Shown: positions 41,631-58,589 of the stretch, piece by piece | Numbering within the stretch: the stretch's first letter is position 1 | How the letters are laid out: each line of letters begins with the position of its first letter | Source of the DNA: the human T2T-CHM13v2.0 reference genome, Homo sapiens | DNA length: 64,000 nt | Assembly (NCBI RefSeq): GCF_009914755.1 | Contig: NC_060934.1 | Reading direction: 5' to 3' (one strand) | The notes under the pieces: generated by a model | Database searches by the model: none | Told to the model about the DNA's origin: nothing | What the model saw: only the letters and a program-made list of their open reading frames with translations | Translations under genes and position numbers: made by a program

Positions 41631-42519
41631 CTAGATTGGTATTGTCAAATGAAACTGCTAGTGAAAATCCTCCTTAGCTTGCCAAGCACAGTGGCTCATG
41701 CCTGTAATTGCAACATTTTGGGAGGCCAAGGCAGGAGGACCACTTGAGGCCAGGAGTTTGAGACAGCCTGGGCAACATAGTAAGACTGCATCTCTACAAA
41801 ATTTTAAAAGGCCAAGCACAGTGGTTCATGCCTGTACTATCAGCACCTTGGGAGGCCAGGAGTTCAAAACCAGCCTGAGCAACAAAGCAAGACCTTGTCT
41901 GTACAAAAGAAAAATGAAAAATTAGCTTGATGTGGTGATGCTCATCTGTAGTCCCAGCTACTCAGGAGGCTGAGGCGGGAGATCGCTTGAGCCCAGCAGT
42001 TTGAGGTTATAGTGAGGTATGATTGTGCCACTACATTCTAGCCTGGGTGAGAGAGTAAGACCTTGTCTCTTAAAAAAAAAAAAAGGAAAACAAATATATA
42101 TAAAAGAAAAAATTCTCCTTAGTCACAACCAGGCACAACTTTACACATGAATCTCAATTTGCATCTTCATCCCCGAGGGCCTAGAGGCCCACGTGTGCTG
42201 ATTTTTGGTTGGATGGGCTGTACAGGGTATTTGAGATGTGTAGTCTTGCTTCACTGTGGGCTTCTAGATCCCACTTTGGTAGAGATATCTGGCCATATAC
42301 CTTGCTGTAGTTTGTTGGTGGTCTATCTTGTATACCTTTTCTTGCTTTTCAGTTTAATGGCTGAGAAATAAGTATGGTGGGGGCCATTCCCTGGGTTCAG
42401 AACTACTATAAAGATCAGAAAGGGTGTCTTATTTTAATTTCTGTCAAAGTCCTTTATCACCTGGAGGACAAAGTAAACCTGGAGGGGTGATGTGGATTTA
42501 TGTCTTGTGTGGCTGATGA

Positions 42520-42705
<186 letters not shown>

Positions 42706-43600
42706 AGGCCGGCGGGGAGGATACTGTCCCCAGGAGCACCCTCCCTGCCCGTCTTGTCCCTCTGCCCCTCCCACCTGCACATGTCACACTGACCACATCT
42801 GTAGACATCTTGAGTTGTAGCTGCAGACGGGGACCAGTGGCTCCCATTTTCATTTTAGCCATTTTGTCGCCTGCACCCACTCCCTTCATACAATCTAGTC
42901 AGAATAGCAGTTCTAGAGCACAGGTTCTCAGTCTAAGCTATGGAAAAGCTCCCCTTATCCAACAGAGTTTAAAAGTAGTGACTTGGGTTTTTGCGAGTGC
43001 TTTGTTTACTAAGGACTTTGGGGAGGAACCATGCTAAGCCATGACCAGTGAGGAGAAGCAACAGAGCCTGTCTGTCCCCATGAGCGGAGTCTGTCCTCTG
43101 CTCTTCTGCAGTCAGGTCACTGCCTACTGCCTGGGGGCTCTAGTCATTCCAGTGGAAGACGAATGTAACCTGCGTGGTGATGTGACAACTGTTTCCTCCC
43201 TGACCCCAGAGGATCTGGCTCTAGGTTGGGATCAATCCTGAATTTCGTTATGTGTTAATTTACTTTTATTAAAAAAGTATAGTATATATAATACAAAACA
43301 ATAACCCTTCTGGGGTTTCTTGTGGCGGTTGAAATAGTCCCACATGTGGTCATCAGAAAATAAGCCATTCCTCATACCAATATAGGATCAGCTCCTTGAC
43401 CTCTGAGGGGCAGGAGTGCTTCCTGGTGTGTGTATTAGAATCCCTTCCTGCCTTGTTTCATGGCAGTGAAATGCCTCTTGGTCCTGTCCAAGTGTATCTT
43501 TCACTGATTTCTGAATCATGTTCTAGTTGCTTGACCCTGCCACATGGGTCCAGTGTTCATCTGAGCATAACTGTACTAAATCCTTTTTCCATATCAGTAT

Positions 43601-43606
43601 AATAAA
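43601..43606 (+). terminator. PGAM1 polyadenylation signal
   Basis: AATAAA followed by a GU-rich downstream element (ttcttgtgtgatgtgg); alternative ATTAAA at 43268-43273. Confidence 0.8.
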
Positions 43607-43983
43607 GGAGTGATGTGCAATAGCTTCTTGTGTGATGTGGAAGACCTTATCTGAGGAAACTTTAGCATTTAACTTGAAATGTCTCTCACTGCCCTAGTCC
43701 TTGTGTGGCAGTTTGTTTTAGGACATCCAGTCACAACTTTACACGGTTGGTCAAAAAATGACGCATCTCCTTGGGGTTTTCACGTCAGCCTGGTGAGCTG
43801 AGGTGGTGGTGGGAGGCCCTCCTGGCCAAGCCCTCCATTCACGTTGCCCCCTGCAGCTCTTGCTTGGTGCTCCCCTGATTGGAAAGTCACATTCTGAACT
43901 CCATTATATCCTCTTTAGAGTAAGTAAAGTCTGCTTTTTGTTTTTTCTTTTTGAGACAGCCTCGCTCCGTCGCCCATGCTTGA

Positions 43984-44226
<243 letters not shown>

Positions 44227-46439
44227 TAACTGTTTATTGTTACCAACTTGTAAGATGATCTCAAAAAGTGACTTAGTGCAGTGGAAAGGAGTATAATTAC
44301 ATTATAAACACAATTGCCTTCTCCTTTGAAAAGTTCACTGGACTACAAGAAATCCCATAAAGCTGGAGAAAGAACATTCCCTTTCCCTTCTGGTAGGAAC
44401 AAGTAACACCCTCCATCTGTTGAGCTCCTAATGAAGCTCCTCTGTGCCACCCACTGGATGAGGGATATTACATATGTTAGCTCTCATCTTAACCCATGAA
44501 AGGGCTGGTAACTCCTGTTTACAGAAGAGGAAACAGTCCCAAAGAAACATGTAAAAAGCACCAAATATCACACCACTTGGTACTGGGGCTGGGATGGATA
44601 TTGCTAGTGCAAACAAATGAAGGTTCTTACCCAAAGATTTAAATACTTTCAAGCATCTTGCTTTTCAAGTTTAGATTTTCATTTGACCTACACAATAACT
44701 TTGAGTAATTTCAGTCTCCAAGAGCCTGGTGGGATGTTATTTTCCTAACCTGTGCAGAATTCTAGATCAGAAGTTGGTAATTTTGGCCAGCACAGTGGTA
44801 CACACCTGTAATCCCAGCACTTTGGGAAGCTGAGGAAGGAGGATCACTTGAGGCCAGGAATTCGAGACTGGCCTAGGCAACATAGCAAGACCTGGTCTCT
44901 ACAAGAAAAATTAGCCAGGCATGGTGGTACATGCCTGTAGTCCCAGCTACTCAGGGGATTGATGGGGAATCACCTGAGCCCAGGAGTTTGAGGCTACAGT
45001 GAGCTATGACTGCACCACTGCACTCCATCCTGGGTGACATTTTGAGGCCCTGTCTCTTCAAAAATTGCATGTACAAAACAAAAAACCCAAGGCCAGGCAT
45101 GGTGGCTGATGCCTATAAGCCCAGCACTTTGGGAGGCCAGCACTTTGGGAGGCCAAGGCAAGTGGATCACCTGAGGTCAGGAGTTCAAGACCAGCCTGGC
45201 CGACATGGTGAAACCTCATCTCTACCAAAGGTTAGCTGGGCGTGGTGGCGCATGCCTGTAGTCCCAGCTACTGGGAAGGTGTGGAGGCTGCAGTGAGTTG
45301 AGATCGCGCCACTGCACTCCAGCCTAGGTGACAGCGAGACTCTGTCTCAAAAAAAAACAAGAATAAAAACAAAAACCTGGATGTGGATCTACAATGATCT
45401 CAATCTCTAAAATTTTCAACTATAGAAACCCTAATATTCAAGGTTAGGAAGTAGAGGATAGAAACTAAGGTGGGCTGATTCTAAAGCTCACATTACGCAC
45501 GGTCACTAAATACTGAAGACACAGGCTTCCTGAATAACATCTCAAGAAGTGACATCTCAGACTCATATTTCGTCGGCAACCTCTCCATGCTTAACTCTCA
45601 TCCCTTCCTCATCCCCAAACTTACGCCTTCATTTCTGCTTCTGCATTTAGCCTGGGCTTGTCTCTCTGCCTTGAATATCTTCACTTACTTTTATGTTCTT
45701 TAATTTATTTTGATCTCACGTCACTAATCCTTTCCTGGCCACCTCATATGACAGTACTCTGTCCCACTTTTCAATTCAGATTTAACATTTCCTGGAGTAC
45801 CCACTATATCAGTGATGTGTATCAAATACTTTTAGACATGTTATTTATTTATTTATTTTGAGACAGAGTCTCGCTCTGTTGTCCAGGCTGGAGTGCAGTG
45901 GTGCAATCTCGGTTCACTACAACCTCTGCCTCCAGGGTTCAAGCGATCTTCCTGCCTCAGCTTCCTGAGTAGTTGGGATTACAGGCATGTGCCACCACGC
46001 CCGGCTAATTTTTGTATTTTTAGTAGAGATGGGGTTTCACCATGTTGGCCAGGCTGGTCTCAAACTCCTGACTTCAACCCAACTCGGCCTCCCAAAGTGC
46101 TGGGATTTACAAACATGAGCCACCATGCCTGCCTCACATGCTATCTGTATCACCACGTGTCCTCAAATTTTCATTAAATCACAATGTACCTAAATGAAGG
46201 GGACGTATGTAAAGCACCTGACTCAGTGCCTAGCACAGTAAGTACTCAATAAGCAGAAGTACTGAAATGTCCTGACACCATTTAGATGTCTTTCTCTGCT
46301 TAAGACAACAGACTCTATAACATCCTTTTAGTAAAAAAGTTTTATCATAGCAAAAAATATGTATTTATAAGGACTGTCAGGAGGGATAGGCTATTTCCAA
46401 TATCACAGTTTTGTTTGTTGGTGCCTTGAAAAGATAAGA

Positions 46440-46445
46440 TTTATT
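46440..46445 (-). terminator. Candidate EXOSC1 polyadenylation signal
   Basis: AATAAA on the minus strand about 180 nt after the stop codon. Confidence 0.6.
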
Positions 46446-46625
46446 ACTCAAGAGAATGAAATCCACTGATAGGTTCACAGAAACATGTTCCATCTACAGC
46501 GTAAACTGGAAGATTTTTCTGGAAGTGGCTGTTGGCCGACGCCAGGTGTTTGAATAAAGACAGCAGCATCTTGGTGTTATACTCAGGAACAGCTTACCCC
46601 CTTCCATAGGGTAAAAAGTGGCTTC

Positions 46626-46732
46626 TTAGGTCTGCAAGAATTCGGGTTGTACTCGGGCTACTTTCCGGAATTCTTTAGTGTGGGTCTTAGGGCACTGCAT
46701 CTCACACCAGCTGATGGGAACCATCTGGATAC
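46626..46732 (-). CDS. EXOSC1: EXOSC1 exon 8, coding part
   Basis: IQMVPISWCEMQCPKTHTKEFRKVARVQPEFLQT, TAA at 46628-46626. Confidence 0.95.
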
Positions 46733-46867
46733 CTGGAAGGGAAAAGCTGGTGGTGGAGCCCAGACCCCAAAGATTTGCCTGCGACTCCTCTTTTATGCTG
46801 GGTATGAAGCTGAAGTGCCACCAAGCTTCCTACTGAACCTCAACTCATAAAGAAAAAACTTTGTTCA

Positions 46868-47059
<192 letters not shown>

Positions 47060-47371
47060 CTAGGTGTGGTGGCGTGTGTCTGTAATCCCAGCTACTTGGG
47101 TGACAAGAATTGCTTGAACCAAGGAGGTGGAGGCTGTGGTGAGTGGAGATGGCACCACTGCACTCCAGCCTCCTCGACAAAGTGAGACCCTGTCTCAAAC
47201 AACCACCACCACCAGCACCAAGCAAAAAAGAAAAAAATAATCATTCTAATCTCAGAGGGAAATATCTATAGCCATACTGCTTCCCAGATAAGGGAAACCA
47301 GGAAAAACAATGGATTTATCCCAAACCATAGATCCAGGGAAAGTAAGGATGTGGAAACAAGGCCATCTCAC

Positions 47372-47456
47372 CTGACTCACTGTGGGCTACCACCACTCCC
47401 AGCTCGTTCTCGGCGGTGGTTAGCAGGTAGTTGGACTGTGCATCACCTAAGGAGAT
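47372..47456 (-). CDS. EXOSC1: EXOSC1 exon 7
   Basis: ISLGDAQSNYLLTTAENELGVVVAHSES(G). Confidence 0.95.
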
Positions 47457-47880
47457 CTAGTCACATAACACCGGTGAAGGAAAATGAGGAGTTAGAAGTC
47501 TTCCCCCACCTTAGCCACCTGAGTTGTTTTTCTACCTTTTTTTTTTTCTGAGATGGAGTCTTGCTCCGTTAACCAGGCTGGAGTGCGGTGGCGTGATATC
47601 AGTTCACAACCTCTGCCTCACAGGTTCAAGCGGTTCTCCTGCCTCAGCTTCCCGAATAGCTGGGATTACAGGCATGTGCCACCACGCCCAGCTAATTTTT
47701 GTATTTTTAGTAGAGACAGGGTTTCACCATGTTGTCCAGGCTGGTCTCGAACTCCTGACCTCAGGTGATCCACCCGCCCTGGCCTCCGAAAGTGCTGGGA
47801 TTACAGGCATGAGCCACCACACCCGGCCTCCTTCTCTTCTTTTGACAAAGGACCAGAAGTCTGCTGGGAATAAAGGATAC
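47457..47880 (-). other. EXOSC1: U12-type (minor spliceosome) GT-AG intron, EXOSC1 intron 6
   Basis: 5'ss GTATCCTTTA; branch site TTTTCCTTCAC at 47484-47474, followed by 17 nt to the exon; no polypyrimidine tract. Confidence 0.88.
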
Positions 47881-47931
47881 CACTTTGGCCAAGACAATGT
47901 CACCTGGGCGGAAACTCTTATAAATTTCAAC
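47881..47931 (-). CDS. EXOSC1: EXOSC1 exon 6
   Basis: [17 protein letters not shown]; donor GTATCCTTT (U12 type). Confidence 0.95.
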
Positions 47932-48074
47932 CTGTAAAGAAAGAACAGGAATGTTAAGTGAAAGCTCTAGACTGGGTCTATATGAAACTGTGAACGCTTC
48001 TGGTAAAGCCAATCTACTTTCTAATCCTGGAGGGTAGAAATCATCATTACTCATGTCAAGTCAAGAACTTTTAA

Positions 48075-48334
<260 letters not shown>

Positions 48335-48651
48335 TGATCCGCCCACCTTGGCCTCCCAAAGAGCTGGGATTACAGGTGTGATCCACTGCACCCGGCCCTT
48401 TTTTCTTTTTTTTTAAGAGGTGGGATCCCACTGTGTCACCCAGGCTGGAGTGCAGTGATGCAATGGTAGCTCACTGCAGCCTTGGACTGCTGGACCAAGG
48501 GATCCTCCTGCCTCAGCCTCCCAAGTAGCTAGGACTACAGGTGCGTGCCACCACTTAACCTCAAACTCCTGGGCTCAAGCAATCCTCCAGCCACATCCTC
48601 TCAAGCAGCTGGGACTACAGGCATGAGCTACCATGCCTGGCCAATTTTTGA

Positions 48652-48807
<156 letters not shown>

Positions 48808-48850
48808 TGAGATACGTAAAGCCATTAAAAAAAAAGAACCAACCAACAAC

Positions 48851-48884
48851 CTTGTCTTTTTCAGTTGCTCGGACATCTTCCTTG
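48851..48884 (-). CDS. EXOSC1: EXOSC1 exon 5
   Basis: KEDVRATEKDK, 34 nt; weak donor GTTGTT. Confidence 0.92.
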
Positions 48885-49097
48885 CTATAAAAAAAGAATT
48901 AACAGAAAGATTAATTACCTGTGAGAAAGAATTTTTTTTTTTTTTTTTTTGAGACAGAGTCTCCCTCTGTCACCCAGGCTGGAGTACAGTGGCGCAATTT
49001 TGCTCACTGCAACCTCCGCCTCCTGGGTTCAAGCAATTCTCGTGCCTCAGCCTCTCAAGCAGCTGGAATTACAGGCACGTCCGCCATGCCCAGCTAG

Positions 49098-49259
<162 letters not shown>

Positions 49260-49460
49260 TAGTAAATAAAGAGCTACAAGAACAGACAGAACAAGTTGTA
49301 AATGGGACACAGCTGCTACCCAGAGGAGCAGGGTGGAGAAGCATCCTCAGACCACATGGAGAGGCAGTATCAATACCTCTGATTAGATAAAGGCAGATCG
49401 GATTTGGCAAGAAAGGATAAGGAATTTCGTTGCCTCAGGGCTTGAACAGAAGCACTATAG

Positions 49461-49955
49461 CAAGGGCCCCCAACTTCTGGTGGCCTGTGAGGAACCGGGC
49501 TGCATAGAAGGAAGTGAGTGGCAGGCAAGCTTCATCTGTATTTACAGCTGCTTCCCAATCGCATACATTACTGCCTGAGCTCCGCCTCCTGTCAGATCGA
49601 AGTGGGCATTAGATTCTCATAGAAGTATGAACCCTATTGTGAACTGCACATATGAGGGAGCTAGGCTGCCCACTCCTTATGAGAATCTAATGCCTGATGA
49701 TCTGTCACTGTCTCCCATCACCCCCAGATGGGACCATCGAATTGCAGGGAAACAAACTCAGGGCTCCCGCTGATTCTATATTATGGTGAGCTGTATAATT
49801 ATTTCATTATATATTACAGTGTAATAATAACAGAAATAAAGTGCACCATAAATGTAATGCACTTGAATCATTCTGCAACCACCCCCTCCATGGTCTGTGG
49901 AAAAACTGTCTTCCAAGAAACTGGTCCCTGGTGCCAAAAAGGTTGGGGACTGCTG
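49461..49955. mobile_element. MER1A-type hAT-Charlie DNA transposon
   Basis: Termini caagggcccccaac and gttggggactgctg; 8-bp TSD cactatag/cactacag at 49453-49460 and 49956-49963. Confidence 0.85.
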
Positions 49956-50103
49956 CACTACAGAACCACATCAAATCCTGAGGCTGGAAAGGGCCTCAAA
50001 AGTTAGATTATCTGCCTGGCAAGAAATGTTTGTCCTTTCTCAAGGAAGCCACACGAAATCACCATCTCACCCACAAATCTTTTCAATGTTTTATAACCTC
50101 TGA

Positions 50104-50330
<227 letters not shown>

Positions 50331-50490
50331 TAGTAGAGACGGTGTTTCTCCATGTTGGTCAGGCTGGTCTCGAACTCCCGACCTCAGGTGATCCGCCCGC
50401 CTCGGCCTCCCAAAGTGCTGGGATTACAGGCATGAGCCACCACGCCCAGCCTGCCTTCTACTTTGGTTTGAGTCATCCTGACACTGCTAA

Positions 50491-50977
<487 letters not shown>

Positions 50978-51350
50978 TGAGCCACTGTGCCTGGCTAATT
51001 TTTGTATTTTTTACAGAGATGGGGTTTCACCATGTTGGCTAGGCTGGTCTCAAACTCCTGATCTCAAGAGATCCACCCGCCTCAGCTTCTCAAAGTGCTA
51101 GGATAACAGGCGTGAGCCACCGCGCCCAGCCTTTGCTTTACTTTTAAACCCTCTCGTTAATATTTTCCTTTTGTCCTAGATCATCCATGTATTTTTTGGA
51201 TACTACTAGGGGAGAATCAAAGCACAAAGAAGAAAGAAAAACGGGCAAAAGAAAAATAGGAATTGTAACTGTTGCTCAAAATTCTGGTGTCCTAGTCTAT
51301 CCTAATCTTATTCCAGTTGCTAAGGTATATGTGAAAAGGATACTTCTTAC

Positions 51351-51439
51351 CGGATAGTTCCTCGAAAAGAGTTCTTAAGAGGCATGGACCCCACATACAG
51401 GATGTGTACTTTGGCAAAGCGTGAATTGATGCTAGAGAC
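51351..51439 (-). CDS. EXOSC1: EXOSC1 exon 4
   Basis: VSSINSRFAKVHILYVGSMPLKNSFRGTI(R). Confidence 0.95.
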
Positions 51440-51689
51440 CTGCGGAATAGAGAAAAGATCAGCATCAGAGTATAAGCAGTTGTCAGCTCAAGGAGGCAGC
51501 AATAAACTGGGGATTACTAGGGCTTCAGTGCAAGCAACCCTACTAAGTAGAGAATTTAAGACAAATTAACTCCTACTTCTCTCTGCGTAAGTGACACATG
51601 TAAAGAGGAATAAGAGCCACTCTGGCCACCTGGTAGAGTTACTATGGGAAACAAAGGTGGTATGGGTTTTTTTTTTTTTTTTTTTTTGA

Positions 51690-51794
<105 letters not shown>

Positions 51795-52579
51795 TGAATA
51801 GCTGGGATTACAGGCATGCACCACCATGCCCAGCTAATTTTGTATTTCTAGTAGAGACAGGGTTTCTCCATGTTGGTCAGGCTGGTCTCGAACTCCTGAT
51901 CTCAGGTGATTCGCCTGCTTCAGCCTCCCAAAGTGCTGGGATTACAGGTGTAAGCCACTGCACCCGGCTGGGTTTTTTTTTTTTTTTTTAAATCTTTTCA
52001 CAACTTGCCCTTCAGAGAGGTATAGACTTTTTAAAGTATAGATGGCTAACAATTAAAAAAAAAAAAAAAAAAGAGGCTGGACACAGTGGCTCATGCCTGT
52101 AATCCCAGCACTTTGGGAGGCTGAGGTGGGCGCATCACTTGAGGTCAGGAGTTCAGGACCAGCCTGGCCAACATGGTAAAACCCCACCTGTACTAAAAAT
52201 ACAAAAATTAGCCAGGCGTGGCAGCACATGCCTATAATCCCAGCTACTCGGGAGGCAGAGGCAGTAGAATTGCTTGAACCCAAGAGGCCAGAGGCTGCAG
52301 TGAGCCGAGATCGTGCCACTGCACTCCAGCCTGGGTGACAGAGCAAGGCCCTGTCTCAAAAAAAAAAAAACAGGAATGGCAAAAAATAAAGTCTTTTGCT
52401 TCTCTGCAGAAAAAGAACTCAGCTTCAGATGTTCAAAAATAGGCCTCCTAATCATCCTCTGGCATCCCTGTTTCCCAGACACAGGTAGAACTATGTATTC
52501 AGGGAATCAGCTCAGTGAAGGAACTATGCATGCCTGAACTTGGCTGCCTTGATTATTATCCTAGAAATCTGTAAGCCTG

Positions 52580-53350
<771 letters not shown>

Positions 53351-53416
53351 TTCTGGTATGGTCATGATTTCAGTATTGAATGGGCATTCTAAGCATGGAG
53401 GTCAGGACCAACTTAC

Positions 53417-53491
53417 CTTACAGGTTACAATAGCTCCCACATCTGGCAGTAACTGGGACTCTGTTTCTCTCACTACAGACACCACTGGAAG
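53417..53491 (-). CDS. EXOSC1: EXOSC1 exon 3
   Basis: LPVVSVVRETESQLLPDVGAIVTCK. Confidence 0.95.
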
Positions 53492-53592
53492 CTACAGAGG
53501 GAACAACAAAAAACTGAAATGTCCTGACTAACCCTTGGGTCAAGGCATTTGTGGCTTGAGAGTAATATAGGAATGTCTTGGTATAAAGGTGA

Positions 53593-53897
<305 letters not shown>

Positions 53898-53991
53898 TAA
53901 TAAGTTTTTTGGTGATTCTCTCAGAATTTCTTGGTATACAACTATATTGCCTATAATCATTGACAATTTTACTTTTTTTGTTTTTTTTTGA

Positions 53992-54337
<346 letters not shown>

Positions 54338-55911
54338 TGAAATTTCCACAAAAATGTTACATAATAGCGGCTATGCTTGTTTTCTTCTATTTTAAGTGAA
54401 TACTTGCAGAGTTTTCTCTTTGAGCATGGTATTGGCTGTTGGTATAAGACAGATATTTTGAGCCTCATCTTTTATCAATCTCTCCGTTGCTCACAATGCT
54501 TCAGCTCTCCTGGCCTTCTTTCAGTTTCCCCAACTTACTAAATTCTTCCCACTTTCAGATCTCTCTTCAACCTATTCTTTCTGCCAGAGCTGCACTCTCT
54601 CCACCCACCTGACTCTTACCTACTCTTTAGATGATTCAGCTTAAATGTCACTTCTGCTGACTAGGATGGGTTTGCCTGTTACATGTTCTCAAGGTGCCCT
54701 GTAATATTCTTTCAAAGCACCACCACATATGTAACCATATGCTCATTTGAGCATTTATTTGTTTACAATTTGTGTCTGTGTCCTTTGATAGCAGAAACCA
54801 AGTCAGCGCTGTGCCTGACACATGAAAATACTCAAGTGATATCTATGAAATGAACAAACTCAGGACTGTTAAGAACATTCCCAACAATGACTGAATAGAA
54901 AGCCCCTTGAATCAGACAGCTTAAGTTACTTACTCAAAGCAGAATCAAAGTCAAGTTAGCCAGAACGTAACTGTTCTAATTCTGAATCCTCTTTCTATTG
55001 TGCTCCTTCAAATATTGCTTATATGATCCTGAGCTAATCCTGGATCTATCTCTGAAACTAGAAAGGTAGGTATTACTCACACATTCAACATTTATTGAGG
55101 AGCTGCCTTGTGCTATATACGGATGGTATGGTGGTAGGGCCTGCTTTCACGGACTTAGATTTAAGCAGGGGAGAAGTCTAGTAGGAAACATATACCTGAG
55201 TGTCTCATCATATGCTGACATAGTGCTTGGAAGAAAAGGAACAGAGTTTTTTGTGAGTCTTTAACAAAACAAACAAAAACAAAACACCCCACAAAACTCC
55301 TTTCCTCAATTAGTGGGTCCAGAAGGACTTCTCTGAGGTGATAGTAGAGAAGCTATCTAAAGGAGGTAGGAATTAAATAGGCCTAGGAAGATAGAAGCGT
55401 TCCAGATAGATGGCATGTTACAAAGGCTCTGTAGCAGGAGAAAGCTTGGCGCATTACCGACACTGAAAGAAGCTAGTATGTTATAAAAAATTTTTAAAGG
55501 GCAAGCAGAGACTGTGATTATAACTTTTAAACACAGAAAAGACAGTATGACTAGATTGCGTCAGTGAGGTGGAGATAGTGGCGCTAGATAAAGTCGGAAA
55601 GGTAAGCAACATTCATACAGTATGCAACTCACTGCTGGGCTGAGCTGGGCTGGGATGGGATACTGAGTTCGCATCTGCTTTTGTCCCAACTTCCCTCCCC
55701 GAGGGTCAGCAGCACAACCAAGCGAGATCAACACAACTAGTGTGTGGTGGCTAAGTGCACCACAGCGGCGATACGGCTAGAAGAAACTAAGAGACCAACA
55801 TTGTACCACTGAGGCACTAAAGACGCGTCCGCAGTGCCCATGCCTAAGGACTGGAACTCAAGGGCAGCCTAAGGGAAAAACAGAGGGGAGATGGCATGCC
55901 GCTTCCTTTAC

Positions 55912-56027
55912 CGCGCCATTCTCGCTGCTCTTCATCAGACAGCCGGCAAGCGACGAAAAGATGTAGCCGTGGCGGGTGTAGGTGCCGCTGCCCGGGCTGC
56001 CCTCCTCCAAGTTACACAGACGTTCGC
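55912..56027 (-). CDS. EXOSC1: EXOSC1 exon 2
   Basis: ERLCNLEEGSPGSGTYTRHGYIFSSLAGCLMKSSENGA. Confidence 0.96.
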
Positions 56028-56134
56028 CTGCAGAAAAAATGCTGCATCGGTCACGGGCCCCCAGAAGCTGTAGGCCGTTTAGCCTTCTTGCTTCAGCCCC
56101 TATCCAGGACTCTGTACGGGAAGCGCTCACTTAC

Positions 56135-56165
56135 CGGGGATGCAGTATCTCACAGGTGGCGCCAT
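56135..56165 (-). CDS. EXOSC1: EXOSC1 exon 1
   Basis: MAPPVRYCIP(G); donor GTAAGT. Confidence 0.95.
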
Positions 56166-56841
56166 GATTGCCGCTGTCCCAAAACCAGGATGAAAACGAA
56201 GTCGATTTCTCATTGGCCAAACCCAGGCACAGTTCCGCAGTAAGACACGTGTCAATTGGTACTCTTTATCCTTGCGAGTAAACTCCATTTCCCAGGTTAC
56301 CCCGGGACAAATCCGGGGGCGGAACTTCAGAGGTCCACGCTGGCGCCTGCGCGTGTGGTTGAGGATGGGCTGGCGGCGGGTCCGGGTCCGCTGCCTGGCG
56401 CTGCGGGCGGCGGGCCATGGTGGTTTGGATTGAGCCGGGCCCGGCCGGGGCGCCGAGTCGGAGGGGGTGGCAGTGAGCGGCGGCAGAGGCTACGGGGCTC
56501 GGTTTGGCTGACTGGGGAGTCGGCAGGCGGCAGGTAAGGGCGAAGCCTCGGCCCTTGCTCCCCATCCTAGTCCCTTTTTCTGGGTAGGGCACTGCCCTGG
56601 GGCCTTGTCTTGAGTGCGGGTTCCTGCTCTCTCCTCGCCCCGCCCTGCGGGGCCGTGCCCTCCTCAGCCCGAGCGCACCTTCCGAGCAATCGTTACGCTC
56701 AGAGCAGGAGGGAAGGAGGTCAAGCGACCCAACTCGTCTGTTTCACAGATATGGAACCTCAGATTCAGAGACAGGGTTTGACTTGTCCAAAATGATCAAG
56801 ATAGTTAAGATAGAGCCCAAACTGGAACCCACGGTTTTTGA

Positions 56842-57102
<261 letters not shown>

Positions 57103-57940
57103 TAGCCAGGATGGTCTTGATCTCTTGATCCGCCCGCCTCGGCCTTCCAAAGTGCAGGGAGTACAGGCATGAGCCACTGCCTCCGGCCTTTTCCCGGTTT
57201 TTTAAACTGCAGCTTCCAGTCCTGCGGTCCGATCCTCTTCGCGGCCCCTCATCCCCACTTCAGTAAGCTTTCTCTGGTTGAAAAAGCCGAACTCTGGTTG
57301 TGTGGGCCCGTCATCAAAAGATAAGCAGCCCCAAAATAAAGTTGTTACTCTTTTTCTTCTCAGCGTGTTAGCCCAGAAGGGAGGTCTGCACATGAATAAA
57401 ATGCTACTCTTTATTGATGTTGGGTATCTCCTACTTGAGATTGCAAACATCCTGAGAGCAGCGTCTTTGTCCAGATGACATTCGCCACGACTTTGATCTC
57501 AGTTCACCTGACTTCTGATGGCTTTGCCGTCTGTCCTTCCCTGTCCCCTCAGTCGACTTTCCCATTGGGAAACAGATGTGACTTAAAGCCATGGGAAGAG
57601 GGGAGTGTTGTGGCCAGCAATCTCCTCCAGTCTGGTGGCAGATGACCAGTATGGCCTGTGACTATTACTGAAGGATCAGAGTACTCGGGCTTGTGCTTGG
57701 GGTGGTAGTAAAGCTGCGCTTTGCTCTGTTTCCTCCCGTTCACTGAGATTAGCCCCTTCTCCCCTACACACATCTTTTTGAATTTTGCTTTACTTCTATT
57801 TCTTGAGATGAAAAGTCTGGGCCAGGTGCGGTGGCTCACGCCTGCAATCCCAGCACTTTGGGAGGCTGAGGCAAGCACATCACCTGAGGTCGGGAGTTTG
57901 AGACCAGCCTGACCAACATGGAGAAACCCGGTCTCTACTA

Positions 57941-58186
<246 letters not shown>

Positions 58187-58589
58187 TTAGCTAATGGAGA
58201 GAGGCCCTAGCCTCAGACTTTGTTCACCCAAATCTGTATCTGTGCGTCTAGGAGCTTTCTGTTTACACGGTTGGGCTGATTTCTGGTTGGGCTTGTTTTC
58301 AAAAACGACTTCTAGCTCCTAAGTGCCATGATTTTAATAACAGTTTGTATTTCTCTCTTTATGAATCAGGAAGAATGATAACAGCAGACACTTATTTAGT
58401 GTTACCACATTGGCAGGAGTGTCCTTGCTGGTATTTGTAGGACAGATAGACATCTGGCCAGGCTTTCCACTTCTGCATCCCTCCAGGTCATTCATTCAAC
58501 AAATATTTATTGAGTACTTCCATGAGCCGGGTATTGTGCTAAGTGCTTTATAAACATTTCATTTACACTTACCAAAGAAGTTTGCTCTT

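Larger units (their letters stand above)
55760..56750. promoter_or_regulatory. Bidirectional CpG-island promoter of EXOSC1 and ZDHHC16
   Basis: Divergent first exons. ATTGG/CCAAT boxes near 56212 and 56255, CACGTG at 56246-56251, GC box at about 56316-56322, NRF1-like GCGCCTGCGC at 56343-56352. Confidence 0.88.

Noticed and set aside
45121-45154. 16-bp duplication inside an Alu
   Set aside because: Ordinary slippage within a repeat.
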